Assembly: GCF_000196355.1 (NCBI RefSeq)
Contig: NC_007614.1
Location: 660,001 to 692,000, forward strand
Reading direction: 5' to 3'
Length of the DNA: 32,000 nucleotides
From: Nitrosospira multiformis ATCC 25196
Lineage (GTDB): Bacteria > Pseudomonadota > Gammaproteobacteria > Burkholderiales > Nitrosomonadaceae
Positions 1 through 9,325 of the stretch are shown piece by piece; within the stretch, counting starts at the first letter, position 1; each line of letters starts with the position of its first letter. The notes under the pieces are model-generated. The model was not told where the DNA came from. It searched no databases and saw nothing but the letters and a program-made list of their open reading frames with translations. The position numbers and the translations under genes are program-made.

Positions 1-335
1 ATGCCGGGAGCAGTCAGGCCGAGGGCGCGCGGACGCTCCCTCAGAAGTCGTTTGACATCTTGTGCAGGTACGTGTCCTTCAATTGCATAGCCATCGACCA
101 ACGCAGTGTGACATGAACCGAGGGCAGGGGCGATGCCCGCCTGCTCACGGGCTTCCTTGTTGCCTACATCATGCGTGTTCACGGTAAATCCGTTGGCACG
201 CATATGATCGACCCACTTTGCGCAGCACTTGCAGGTGGAACTTTTATAAACGTCAACCGTTGCGGAGGCATGAGCGCCGCCCGCAAAGGCAGCAAACATG
301 ATTCCAGCCAATACTGCATGTCTCGATATTTTCAT
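1..335 (-). CDS. DUF411 family metal-binding protein (C-terminus truncated by window edge)
   Basis: Reverse translation by eye from ATG at 335: MKISRHAVLAGIMFAAFAGGAHASATVDVYKSSTCKCCAKWVDHMRANGFTVNTHDVGNKEAREQAGIAPALGSCHTALVDGYAIEGHVPAQDVKRLLRERPRALGLTAPG. This has a signal peptide plus the typical DUF411 CxCC and GSCHTALVDGYxIEGHVPA motifs. Not in the ORF track because the stop lies outside the window. Confidence 0.9.
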   Translation of the reverse strand, partial: MKISRHAVLAGIMFAAFAGGAHASATVDVYKSSTCKCCAKWVDHMRANGFTVNTHDVGNKEAREQAGIAPALGSCHTALVDGYAIEGHVPAQDVKRLLRERPRALGLTAPG

Positions 336-796
336 TTCGCTCCTACTGTGATTGTGCCTTTCATGCCTGGGAAATTCATACCTTTGAAGTGGCCGGGCAG
401 CGGGCAGGCAAAATTTACTGTGCCTGCTTCCGTAAAATGCCACACCAGCTCCCCGGTCTGCCCCGGCTCGACCGAGACCATATCCGGCTGATCCGGGTGC
501 GCATGGTCAGGGTGTTTTTTTAGCATTTTACCATGCTTGTCAATTTCTTCCGCAGTGCCGATCATCATCTCGTGCTTTTTCTTGCCTAGGTTCGTGATCA
601 GAAATTTTATGGTTTCACCTTGTTTCACCTTGATCGCGTCAGGTTTGAAGCGGTTATCCACCGCAGTTATTTCAACCGTCCGGGAAACCTGGCTGGAGTC
701 GCCCGGCTTCCCCAGGGCTTCCGTGTCCTCCTGAGCAAGGGTGTCGATCGAAACCAGGCCGAGGCTTAAAGCAGATGCGATCAGAAACTTCTTCAT
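332..796 (-). CDS. Cupredoxin (plastocyanin/azurin-like) periplasmic copper-binding protein
   Basis: 154 aa with signal peptide; VKQGETIKFLITNLGKKKHEMMIG, and FACPLPGHFKGM matches the C-x(n)-H-x(n)-M type-1 copper site. Confidence 0.85.
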   Translation of the reverse strand: MKKFLIASALSLGLVSIDTLAQEDTEALGKPGDSSQVSRTVEITAVDNRFKPDAIKVKQGETIKFLITNLGKKKHEMMIGTAEEIDKHGKMLKKHPDHAHPDQPDMVSVEPGQTGELVWHFTEAGTVNFACPLPGHFKGMNFPGMKGTITVGAK

Positions 797-971
797 GAGA
801 TTTTCTCCTTTCTATGCGAGGTCCCGCTTAACCCTCATCAAGCGGTGGTCTTTTTATTCTTCTTGCAAGTCCAATATAGCAAAGAAATATCCACTTGCCG
901 CGATAGACTGAAAAGGCGGTTTTGGAGTTCCGCAAGCATCCTGTTGTCTCCGCTTTTCGTATATAGCAATT

Positions 972-1943
972 TCACCGCAGCCATCCCTTGCGTTTTATGT
1001 ATATAAGTGGCAGCAGTGCAGCCGATACCGTCAGGCCCATTGAATAGATGAACCCGTATTCCCACGCGAGTTCCGGCATTACAGCAAAGTTCATGCCGTA
1101 AAAGGTGCCCACCAGCGTAGGCGGCAGGAAGACCGCGGTGATGATGGTGAAGACCTTGACGATCTGGTTTTGTTTGATGTTGAGAATATTCGTGACTGCA
1201 TTCTGCAGATACCGCACCTTCTCGTGCTCGAAGTAGGCATGTTCCTTTACGCCAGCCACGTCTTCGGCCAGCTCCGTAGTCAATACCTGGAGTTCTGCCT
1301 CGGTCACGTTATCGATTTCGCCACTCAAGTAACGCACGGTGCGCGCCAGCGACAACTGGGCTTCCAGGCAGCGCGAAATAATGTCTTCCCTTTCATTCAG
1401 GTCTTGCATGGTTTCGATCAGATCGGGCACCCCCAGTTCCCTGCCCTGCGCGTTGTATCCATCCGATATTTCGGAAATCTCTTCTGCGCTTCGCTCCAGT
1501 TCATCCGCGAGACGATCTATTACTGTATCCGCGCTGTCATTAGCTACCTGCAACAATAATCGAAGTACCGATTTCGGATTCCGGCCATGACTCGGCCTGC
1601 GATTCATGCGCTGCAATGCTGTATCGAACGGGTGAAAATCGGGGTCCTGGCAGAGAATCGCAACCAGTTGCTCGCCCAGCATGAAAGTTACATCACCAAA
1701 GCTCGGCGTCCCGTTGCTGCCCAGACGGAGGAGTTTGGCGCGCATGTACATGAAGGTTCCATCATCGAAAACGCTGCCTGCCTGTCGTGTGGTGTCGATG
1801 CCGAAGCGCTGCTTCAGACACACAATGTCCTCGGGCGTCGGCGCATTGATCTCCAGCCAGACAACATGCTCATCGCCCTCCCGCCGCGGCAGGCCGTGAA
1901 TGATGCAGAGTGAGTGATTATCCTTCACAACACTGCGAATCAT
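972..1943 (-). CDS. CorA-family magnesium/divalent cation transporter
   Basis: 323 aa; C-terminal FLPPTLVGTFYGMNF...two TM helices...KRKGWL, the CorA GMN signature. Confidence 0.9.
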   Translation of the reverse strand: MIRSVVKDNHSLCIIHGLPRREGDEHVVWLEINAPTPEDIVCLKQRFGIDTTRQAGSVFDDGTFMYMRAKLLRLGSNGTPSFGDVTFMLGEQLVAILCQDPDFHPFDTALQRMNRRPSHGRNPKSVLRLLLQVANDSADTVIDRLADELERSAEEISEISDGYNAQGRELGVPDLIETMQDLNEREDIISRCLEAQLSLARTVRYLSGEIDNVTEAELQVLTTELAEDVAGVKEHAYFEHEKVRYLQNAVTNILNIKQNQIVKVFTIITAVFLPPTLVGTFYGMNFAVMPELAWEYGFIYSMGLTVSAALLPLIYIKRKGWLR

Positions 1944-2016
1944 GATGAACCCTCCTTGTTGGGGTGTGGTACCACTCGAGGCTTCACGCTCGAAGCTTCA
2001 CGCTCGAGGTTTCAGT

Positions 2017-2226
2017 TTATTTTTTTACTTCGGCTTTTTCCTGATGGGAGGGGGACATGGAAGATGTGGCTGCTGTCTGCTCCGACGGCTGTATGTAGTG
2101 CACGACAGTCATAACGAGTGCGAGCAACAGGTACAGCGCGATCACGGCCAGAATGACCTCGTTCTCGAGGCTCCTGCTGTCACGCTGGGTAAGATTCTTT
2201 CTGAACATGGAGTACTCCTCGTCCAT
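2017..2226 (-). CDS. Small single-TM hypothetical protein
   Basis: 69 aa ORF with one hydrophobic helix (VILAVIALYLLLALVMTVVHYI), immediately upstream of corA and same strand. Confidence 0.5.
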   Translation of the reverse strand: MDEEYSMFRKNLTQRDSRSLENEVILAVIALYLLLALVMTVVHYIQPSEQTAATSSMSPSHQEKAEVKK

Positions 2227-2394
2227 CTCATGGGTAAATATTTAATGCAAAATACGTTTCCGCAACCCCGCTTCATGCACGATATAAATCCAGATTAGCA
2301 GAGTCCCGGTGATCCCGGTGGGTTTCCGGTAGAGTCGTTACCTGCACATGAGCATCGGCTTGACATGGACAAGGTTTTATTCGGCAAGTAGAAT

Positions 2395-2519
2395 ATTCCG
2401 GTCATCGGGGAGTAGCTTCCTTCCGTCGAATAGAAGGGCTTGCATCAACATACTTGACCCGTGGTCGTGGTGCAAGGAGTTCGTGCCTGGCAAGACCTTT
2501 GACCACATTGTCTCCGGAA
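2395..2519 (+). promoter_or_regulatory. yybP-ykoY-like (Mn2+) riboswitch upstream of Gdt1-family gene
   Basis: GGGGAGTAGC near the 5' side, then CATCAACATACTTGACCC...GGCAAGACCTTTGACC, closed by a stem ATTCCGG(2395-2401)/CCGGAA(2514-2519). It ends about 50 nt before the GTG start of a TMEM165/Gdt1 gene. Confidence 0.8.
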
Positions 2520-2570
2520 GGGCGGGGAGAAGCCTGGTCTCGCTTCTTGTCCGGCCTGGAGCGTAAGAAC

Positions 2571-3152
2571 GTGGAAGCTTTCCTTGTTTCGGCTGGCGTT
2601 GTCGCACTCGCAGAGATTGGCGACAAAACACAGCTTCTCGCCTTTATTCTCGCGGCAAAATTTCGCCAGCCGGTTCCCATCGTGCTCGGTATACTCGTCG
2701 CTACCCTGTTGAACCATGCCTTCGCTGCCGCAATCGGTTCGTGGATCCTCACGCAACTTGGGCCCGGCACCCTGAACTGGATACTGGGCCTGCTATTTAT
2801 CGGTATGGCGATCTGGACGCTCATTCCCGATCAGTTCGATGAAACGCAGTCCGGAACCGGGGGCGATAGCGCCGGTGTTTTCAGCGCGACACTCCTGGCT
2901 TTTTTCCTTGCGGAAATGGGCGACAAGACGCAAGTTGCGACTGCGGCACTGGCAGCGCAGTATCGGATGTTTTCCGCGGTGGTTGCAGGGACTACGCTCG
3001 GGATGATGATCGCGAACGTTCCGGCAGTCTATCTGGGCGAACGCCTGGCAAACCGGATTCCGCCGCGCCTCGTGCGTGGAATTGCAGCAGCCGTGTTTGC
3101 CCTTATCGGTATCACAGTCCTGCTTGAAGCGAGCAAAAATCTGGCGCTTTGA
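2571..3152 (+). CDS. TMEM165/Gdt1 family (Mn2+/Ca2+) transporter
   Basis: Two copies of the E-x-G-D-K-T-Q motif (ALAEIGDKTQLLAFILAAKF and FLAEMGDKTQVATAALAAQY). Start assigned to GTG 2571 within ORF 2454..3152. Confidence 0.9.
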   Translation: MEAFLVSAGVVALAEIGDKTQLLAFILAAKFRQPVPIVLGILVATLLNHAFAAAIGSWILTQLGPGTLNWILGLLFIGMAIWTLIPDQFDETQSGTGGDSAGVFSATLLAFFLAEMGDKTQVATAALAAQYRMFSAVVAGTTLGMMIANVPAVYLGERLANRIPPRLVRGIAAAVFALIGITVLLEASKNLAL

Positions 3153-3193
3153 AAGATTCCGGAAATAATGCGGCAAAAAAGAGAACAAGACGA

Positions 3194-4417
3194 ATGGCCT
3201 TTTTCCCTACCGGATACGCGGGCATCTTGCCACAGCTCCCATGCCTGCTCCCGCTCCTGCTTCTGTTTCTGCTGGGCGGTTGCGCATCCCCCATTGCACT
3301 CAATCGGGCCGTCGACGCCTATGACGACGCGACTACCGGTGCCGCCTCCCGGCAACTGCTGGTGAATATAGCGCGTGCTTATCATAATCAGCCGGTACAC
3401 TTCACCGGCGTATCGAACGTTGCGGCAACGTTCGATTTCCGTGTCAGTGCCGGCGCCACCCCAGCGTTGACGGGAAATGCAGGCGGCATACTGATGCCTG
3501 TGTTTGGGGGAAGCGTGGCGGAAAATCCCACGATCACTATTGTTCCGGTAGAGGGAGAGGAGTTTACCCGGCGTCTGCTCACCCCATTTCAGGAAAACAA
3601 ACTCACGCTTTTGCTCCGTCAGCGTTTCGATGTCGATCTCCTGATGCGGCTGATGGCCCAGGAAGTGCGTGTCAATGATAACGAAGGGCGGCAGGCTTCC
3701 TATCGCAATCGGCCCTTTGATTCGCCCGGCTACGGCATGTTCAGGCGGGTGGTGTTGCATTTGTCCGCCATACAGGACCATAACCACCTCCACGCGGAGC
3801 CACTGATTCTGGAGCAGACCTGGACCATTCCCGCCGGTTCGGTGACGGCAGAAGGTTTTCAGGCTCTGCAGAAAGAGTTTTCCGTACGCTATGACGCACG
3901 GGAAAATACCTACATCCTGGTCAAGCAGGCAGCGGGACCTATTCTTATCACCAATTATGATCCTAACATTCTTTCACCGGAGGAGCGCAAGCGCTTGAGC
4001 AATGAGGCGCGTGAATGGAGTCCCAATGACGTCGCTTTCGATATTCGTCCCAACCATTTTGGCGGAGAGTGGCCCATGAAGGGAATTTTCCGTCTCCGCA
4101 GCTTCCATGCCATTCTCAATTTCCTCGGCCGCAGCCTGGGCGATGAGCCGGAATATCATGTGGAGAAAGACATCCGTACACCGCCCCTCGAGGATGACGA
4201 AAATCCTGTTGATACTATGGAACTTTTGGTGACGGACTCGGCTCCCGGGGAGGCCGATCTGTGGGTGCGCGTCTATGATCAGTATTACTCGGTACACACC
4301 CGGGGACCTCTGGCGCGCTGGAACCGGAGCGCCTTCCAACTGCTGTATCTTCTGTTCCAGATGACGGTGACGGATTTGCCGCGCTCAGGAGTGCCAAGCA
4401 TCACGATCGCAAAATAA
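3194..4417 (+). CDS. Putative lipoprotein of unknown function
   Basis: ORF 3149..4417; ATG at 3194 gives MAFFPTGYAGILPQLPCLLPLLLLFLLGGCASP, a lipoprotein signal peptide. No domain recognised. Confidence 0.7.
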   Translation: MAFFPTGYAGILPQLPCLLPLLLLFLLGGCASPIALNRAVDAYDDATTGAASRQLLVNIARAYHNQPVHFTGVSNVAATFDFRVSAGATPALTGNAGGILMPVFGGSVAENPTITIVPVEGEEFTRRLLTPFQENKLTLLLRQRFDVDLLMRLMAQEVRVNDNEGRQASYRNRPFDSPGYGMFRRVVLHLSAIQDHNHLHAEPLILEQTWTIPAGSVTAEGFQALQKEFSVRYDARENTYILVKQAAGPILITNYDPNILSPEERKRLSNEAREWSPNDVAFDIRPNHFGGEWPMKGIFRLRSFHAILNFLGRSLGDEPEYHVEKDIRTPPLEDDENPVDTMELLVTDSAPGEADLWVRVYDQYYSVHTRGPLARWNRSAFQLLYLLFQMTVTDLPRSGVPSITIAK

Positions 4418-4491
4418 CGACAGCTTTTTGAAAGTTCTGCCCATGAAATGCTCGAACCGGAAGCTTGCAACAACTGCGGATAGCCGAAGTA

Positions 4492-4809
4492 TCAACTGGC
4501 GGTTTGCTTCAATAACGTATCGGCTCCACAGGCCGTGCCATCGATTTCAACGATCTTGCGTCGCGATCTGGCTCCTTGCCTGAGTATTACCTGACGCTGA
4601 GGCACTCCAAAAACCCCAGCGAGAAATGCGAGCAAAGCAACATTCGCTGCACCTTCTACCGGTGGGGCGGCAAGTTTGATTTTCAGGGCATCGCCGTGCG
4701 AGCCGACCACTTCAGTACGCCTTGCACCCGGCTGTATGTGCAGAGTGAGAATCAGGCGTTTCCCGGTATCATCGCTGCGATACCACCCGTTGCTTGAAGT
4801 GATTGTCAC
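4492..4809 (-). CDS. DUF167/YggU family protein
   Basis: LTLHIQPGARRTEVVGSHGDALKIKLAAPPVEGAANVALLAFLAGVFGVPQRQVILRQGARSRRKIVEI is typical YggU. GTG 4809 is the likely start. Confidence 0.85.
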   Translation of the reverse strand: MTITSSNGWYRSDDTGKRLILTLHIQPGARRTEVVGSHGDALKIKLAAPPVEGAANVALLAFLAGVFGVPQRQVILRQGARSRRKIVEIDGTACGADTLLKQTAS

Positions 4810-4811
4810 AG

Positions 4812-5396
4812 TCAGAACAAGCGGCTGATTTCCCGCTCCATTCCCGCCGTTACAAAAAGAAGCAACTGAATGACGATCAGTACGAACAACGGTGAGAGAT
4901 CGATATTTCCGATGGGAGGAATGCGCTCGCGGATCACGCCTAGAAACGGCCGAGTAAAGCTGTCGAGCAGCGGAGCCAGCGAATTGTAGGGATTGACCCA
5001 CGAAAGCACAGCCTGGATGATGACCGCCACCATGATGATGTAAAGCGTCGTCTTGATGATTTCCACCAACCCCAGGAGCGCCAGTCCGCCTGCGACACCG
5101 CCGATCGTGGAGCCGGAGCTGAAACTGAGGCTGTAACCCTTCAGCATTAACACGCTCCCCAGCAACATGACTTGAGCAATCCATGCCAGCAGAAGCGTTG
5201 AAAGATCCATGCCGCGATACCCGGGAATGACGCGCCTTGCGGGCTTGACCAGAAAATCGGTTATTGCAATCAGAAATGACGAGAGCGGATTTCCATACGG
5301 CGCGCGCACCAGTTGCATATAAAAGCGCAGCAGCAGCGCCAGGGAAAACAATCCCAGCAGGGTATCGAGCAGGAATATGAGCATTTGACTGATCAT
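4812..5396 (-). CDS. YggT family integral membrane protein
   Basis: 194 aa; duplicated hydrophobic YggT module (FLVKPARRVIPGYRGMDLSTLLLAW and VLSWVNPYNSLAPLLDSFTRPFLGVIRERIPPIGNIDLSPL). Confidence 0.9.
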   Translation of the reverse strand: MISQMLIFLLDTLLGLFSLALLLRFYMQLVRAPYGNPLSSFLIAITDFLVKPARRVIPGYRGMDLSTLLLAWIAQVMLLGSVLMLKGYSLSFSSGSTIGGVAGGLALLGLVEIIKTTLYIIMVAVIIQAVLSWVNPYNSLAPLLDSFTRPFLGVIRERIPPIGNIDLSPLFVLIVIQLLLFVTAGMEREISRLF

Positions 5397-5448
5397 GAAA
5401 GTATTATCCGTTTACTGCGCCACTTGCGCATGGTTATTCTCTATTCTG

Positions 5449-6264
5449 TCATGTACGGCCGAGTTCGTCGCCCATCTCGCGTGACCGCTGATATGCGGTA
5501 CGGATTGCCCGGATGATTCCGATTTTGACATCGTCATTTTCCAGCGACCTTATCGCGCGTTCCGTCGTGCCGCCGGGCGATGTGACCCGCGCGCGCAGGA
5601 CACTCGCCTCATCCATGCTCTCGTTCGCGAGCCTGGCGGCTCCAAGAAAGGTTTCAATGCTCAGTTTGCGCGCCTGGTCCGCATCCAGCCCCAGTTCCTG
5701 TCCTGCCTTCTGCATGGCTTCGATGAAGTAGAATACATAAGCAGGACCACTGCCCGAGGTGGCAGTCACTGCATCCAGCAGTTCTTCGCTTTCAACCCAT
5801 AGCACAGTGCCGACCGCGCGGAGTATGGTTTCCGCCTCACGTTTTTCCTCATCGTTCACGCCTGCCATGGCATAGAGCCCTGTAACCGCGGAGCCAATCA
5901 GCGCGGGCGTATTGGGCATGGCGCGCACGATGCGAAGATAGCCGCCGAGCCATTGTGAAAGAGCATTTGCCCGGATACCGGCGGCAATCGAGATGACAAG
6001 GTTCCGCTCGAGCAGCGGCGCGAGCGCGCGTGCCACGATGGAGAGCTGCTGCGGCTTTACGGCGAGCACGATTATCTCCCTCTCTTCGATCATGCCCCGC
6101 GCAAGTTCCGCGACCGTCCCCACGCCAAATTCATGCCGGAGTCTCTCGCGTGTTTCAGCGTTGATCTCCACTACCCGTATCTGCGCCGGTGAATAATCCT
6201 GTTGCAGCAGCCCGCCGATCAAAGCGCAAGCCATGTTGCCGCCACCAATGAATGTAATATTCAT
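5449..6264 (-). CDS. proC: Pyrroline-5-carboxylate reductase
   Basis: MNITFIGGGNMACALIGGLL...VKPQQL...RAMPNTPALIGSAVTGLYA...SGSGPAYVFYFIEAM...TSPGGTTERAI. Start placed at ATG 6264 inside the longer ORF. Confidence 0.95.
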   Translation of the reverse strand: MNITFIGGGNMACALIGGLLQQDYSPAQIRVVEINAETRERLRHEFGVGTVAELARGMIEEREIIVLAVKPQQLSIVARALAPLLERNLVISIAAGIRANALSQWLGGYLRIVRAMPNTPALIGSAVTGLYAMAGVNDEEKREAETILRAVGTVLWVESEELLDAVTATSGSGPAYVFYFIEAMQKAGQELGLDADQARKLSIETFLGAARLANESMDEASVLRARVTSPGGTTERAIRSLENDDVKIGIIRAIRTAYQRSREMGDELGRT

Positions 6265-6277
6265 GTATCCAGTGAAT

Positions 6278-7096
6278 TTATTTCTGGCAACGCGGGCAAT
6301 AAAAGCTCGAACGCTGCCCCTGCCTGATCTGTTCGATATTTGTACCACATTTCCGGCAAGGCTGCCCGGTCCGGCTATAAACCCAATACTGCTGCTGGAA
6401 ATATCCGGGATTGCCGTCGCTGCCAACGAAATCGCGCAAGCTGCTGCCGCCTGCTTCTATCGCGCGCCCGAGGGTTTCCTTGATTGCCTGCGCCAATCCC
6501 GCGCATCTTCTCGCTCCAATCCGGCCGGCAGCGTTGGCGGGATCAATACCGGCAAGAAAGAGCGCTTCGTTTGCGTAAATGTTTCCGACGCCGACGACAA
6601 TGCGGCTGTTCATCAATACCTCTTTAATGCTGGCGCTACGGTTTCGGGTTTTGCTATAAAGCAGCTTGCCGTCGAACGCTTCGGTAAGGGGTTCGGGTCC
6701 CAAGTGAGACAGCAGGGGGTGGTCGGTGGCATTTCCCGTAGTCCACAGCACAGCCCCAAAACGACGGGGATCCCGAAAACGGAGAACCATGCCTTTATCC
6801 AGGAGCAGATCGATATGATCGTGCTTCTGTGGAGCGATATTAGCTGCAAGGGCCAGCAATCTCAAGCTGCCGGACATGCCGAGATGCAGGATCAGCGTGC
6901 CAGCACCGCAGTCGAGCAAGAGGTATTTTCCGCGACGCGTTACCGTTCTGATTTCCAGGCCGCAAAGCGTTCGCTCAAGTTCCGGCACCGGCCAGCGTAG
7001 ATTCGGGTTTCGTACCGTCAAGCCGGCGATCTTGCGTCCCTCGAGTCCAGAGGCGATGCCGCGACGGACAACTTCGACTTCAGGCAGTTCAGGCAA
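6278..7096 (-). CDS. mutM: Formamidopyrimidine-DNA glycosylase
   Basis: [15 protein letters not shown]-terminus and a C-terminal zinc finger [33 protein letters not shown]. Confidence 0.97.
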
Positions 7097-7235
7097 TTCG
7101 AATGTCGGGATGGAATGTTGGGATAAAGAGGTCGCCGGGTATGGTCAAGGGAGGGGGAACACTGTCCAGGATTCCGGATTCACCGAACTGATCGGTTGCC
7201 CCGTATGCCGAGCGAAAAGCAGCGAGAAGCATTCT

Positions 7236-8588
7236 TTATCTTCTTTTACGTCGCCACCATATCGTCATCCCGCTCCCAAGGAAAATCAGCGGCATCACAA
7301 TGAGGAATCCCCAGGCTATTATCGTTAGTGCTGGCTCCTTCAAGGTCAAGCTGTTGTCGATGGTCGTTCGTGGCTGGATAGCGATGAGGTCTTCATCGCC
7401 GGCAAGCCAGTTGACGAGGTTGACGCCAAAATCAAGATTTCTGCCATAGCCGAGGTAAGCATTGGCGAGAAAATAACCGCTTCCGATAACGGCGACCCGC
7501 TGCTCCTGGTCATTGACGGTCCGGCTCAACACAGCCGCGATACTGACCGGCCCGGCTACGTCATACATCGCATCGAATGCGATGCCGGCATTCAGATCGC
7601 CTGTTTCCACCCATCCGTTTTCTCCGGCCTCCACCAGCGAGAGGCTGTGCCATGCATCGTTTTCGTTGATTGTAATCTGGCGTGCAAACGGAAATACCGT
7701 GAGATAGTCAAAGTTGCGGGTGATGGGATGTTCGCCGTAGGTTGCTCCTACAGAAAAAGTAACGGGTGCTTTCAACTGCCCCGCCTGAGGGTCGATCACC
7801 ACACCGGGAGTCAGAGTCAGTTCAAGTTTTTCCGCCAGTGGCTGCAATCCGTGCAAAGGTTGCTGGTCCAGCAGCCATAAAAGATTGCCCCCGCGCTCGA
7901 TATACGCGAGTATTCGATCGACTTCGCCCTCGGACAGATCCGCCTGAGGCGAAGCAATGACGAGCAAGCTCGTCTCCGCGGGCACTTCAGGAGTGGTGAG
8001 CAGATTGAGCGGTTGAATCCTGAAGCCTTTTGCTGTCAATTGCTGTCCAAATTCCCCGAGATCGCGATTGCCAATACCGTCCAGCCTGCGTTCGCCATGG
8101 CCGCTGAGCGTGACCACGGGCCTGCTGCCGGTGCGCATCAGCCGCATCAGCAAGTTGACCAGCGTATGCTCATTGAATGTAGTCAGCCTTTCCACCCTGC
8201 CGTTATATTCGACGAGCATTTCGCCGTTGCCCTCGACACCTGCCTCTCGTGCCACATCGGGATGCTCGGAGGGGTCGATGAAGGTGACAGCGAAATCAGG
8301 CTTGGCATGCTGATAAGGTGTCAGAAAATCACGGATGATTTTGGATACATTGCCAAGTTGGGCATCCTGAGAGGATATGTAGACACTCCCCAGCAGGGGG
8401 CCTTCCATTTGCTTCAGCACCTCCAGGCTGGCAGGGCTCAGGCTGTTGCTTTTATTTTGGGTGACATCCCACTGAACGCGATTCTCCCAGGCTAGATAAC
8501 CGGGCAACGCTACCAGCAGTATGAGTATTATCAGAAACGTTGCGCTTTGTGTCCCGCGCAAGCGCAGTTTTTTCCTCTTGAGATGCAT
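7236..8588 (-). CDS. GldG-like ABC-type transport auxiliary/substrate-binding protein
   Basis: 450 aa, N- and C-terminal TM helices; TLSGHGERRL, LWLLDQQPLHGLQPLAEKLELTLTPGVVID typical of the Gldg/ABC-2 auxiliary domain. Adjacent to permease and ATPase genes. Confidence 0.85.
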   Translation of the reverse strand: MHLKRKKLRLRGTQSATFLIILILLVALPGYLAWENRVQWDVTQNKSNSLSPASLEVLKQMEGPLLGSVYISSQDAQLGNVSKIIRDFLTPYQHAKPDFAVTFIDPSEHPDVAREAGVEGNGEMLVEYNGRVERLTTFNEHTLVNLLMRLMRTGSRPVVTLSGHGERRLDGIGNRDLGEFGQQLTAKGFRIQPLNLLTTPEVPAETSLLVIASPQADLSEGEVDRILAYIERGGNLLWLLDQQPLHGLQPLAEKLELTLTPGVVIDPQAGQLKAPVTFSVGATYGEHPITRNFDYLTVFPFARQITINENDAWHSLSLVEAGENGWVETGDLNAGIAFDAMYDVAGPVSIAAVLSRTVNDQEQRVAVIGSGYFLANAYLGYGRNLDFGVNLVNWLAGDEDLIAIQPRTTIDNSLTLKEPALTIIAWGFLIVMPLIFLGSGMTIWWRRKRR

Positions 8589-8590
8589 AC

Positions 8591-9325
8591 CTACCTGTAC
8601 AGTTTCAGCCAGCGAACGGATAAGGCCAGAAAAAAGAAAATGAAAAGAGCAAAATAAGCGAGGTCGAATGTATCGATCATTCCCCGGTTGAAATTTTCAA
8701 AGTGAGCGAACGGAGACAAACTGCGGGTTATGCCGTTTTCTCCGCTTTCAGCGTTATCCATGATCCATAGCGCGAAAAGTATGCAGAGCGCTGCTGCTCC
8801 TGCGATGGCAGGTTGAGTGCTGAGGCAGGAGATATATAATCCGAGCGCAACGAAACACGCTGAGAGGAGCCACAGGCCGGCAATGTTGCTCAGCAGCAAG
8901 CCGGAATCCAGTCTGCCTCCCGCAAGCAGCGAAATCGCCAATGCGACAATCAGGGCGATGATGGCCGACAGAAAAATCATCAGGCCGAGAAACTTTCCCA
9001 GGACAATTTCCGTCATTGAAACAGGTGCGGAAATCAGGAAAGGTAAAGTGTGATTGCGGCGCTCCTCAGCAATGAGACGGGAGGTCAAAAGCGGCGTTAT
9101 CATCAGCAGCACGACGGCGCCTATGGAGAATAACGGAGCCGCAATTGCTTCGGTTGCTCCGGGGGGATGGGCAATTCTTACCAGCTGCGGTTGAACCTGC
9201 AGGAAGCCTTCAAGATTCGCCAGGTAAAACCAGGCGAATACCAGTTGCGCCAGCGCAAGTATTACCCATGCCAGAGGGGACCCGAACAATACCCCCAGTT
9301 CCTTCCGGGCAATGATCGTAATCAA
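8591..9325 (-). CDS. ABC-2 type permease (GldF/NosY-like)
   Basis: 244 aa with about 6 TM helices; ARKELGVLFGSPLAWVILALAQLVFAWFYL, PLLTSRLIAEERRNHTLPFLISAPVSMTEIVLGKFLG. Confidence 0.88.
   Translation of the reverse strand: MITIIARKELGVLFGSPLAWVILALAQLVFAWFYLANLEGFLQVQPQLVRIAHPPGATEAIAAPLFSIGAVVLLMITPLLTSRLIAEERRNHTLPFLISAPVSMTEIVLGKFLGLMIFLSAIIALIVALAISLLAGGRLDSGLLLSNIAGLWLLSACFVALGLYISCLSTQPAIAGAAALCILFALWIMDNAESGENGITRSLSPFAHFENFNRGMIDTFDLAYFALFIFFFLALSVRWLKLYR

Noticed and set aside
2445-2824. ORFs overlapping the riboswitch region (2402..2824 -, 2445..2756 -, 2454.. + extension)
   Set aside because: They overlap the structured leader and the Gdt1 gene; the conserved protein begins at about 2571.
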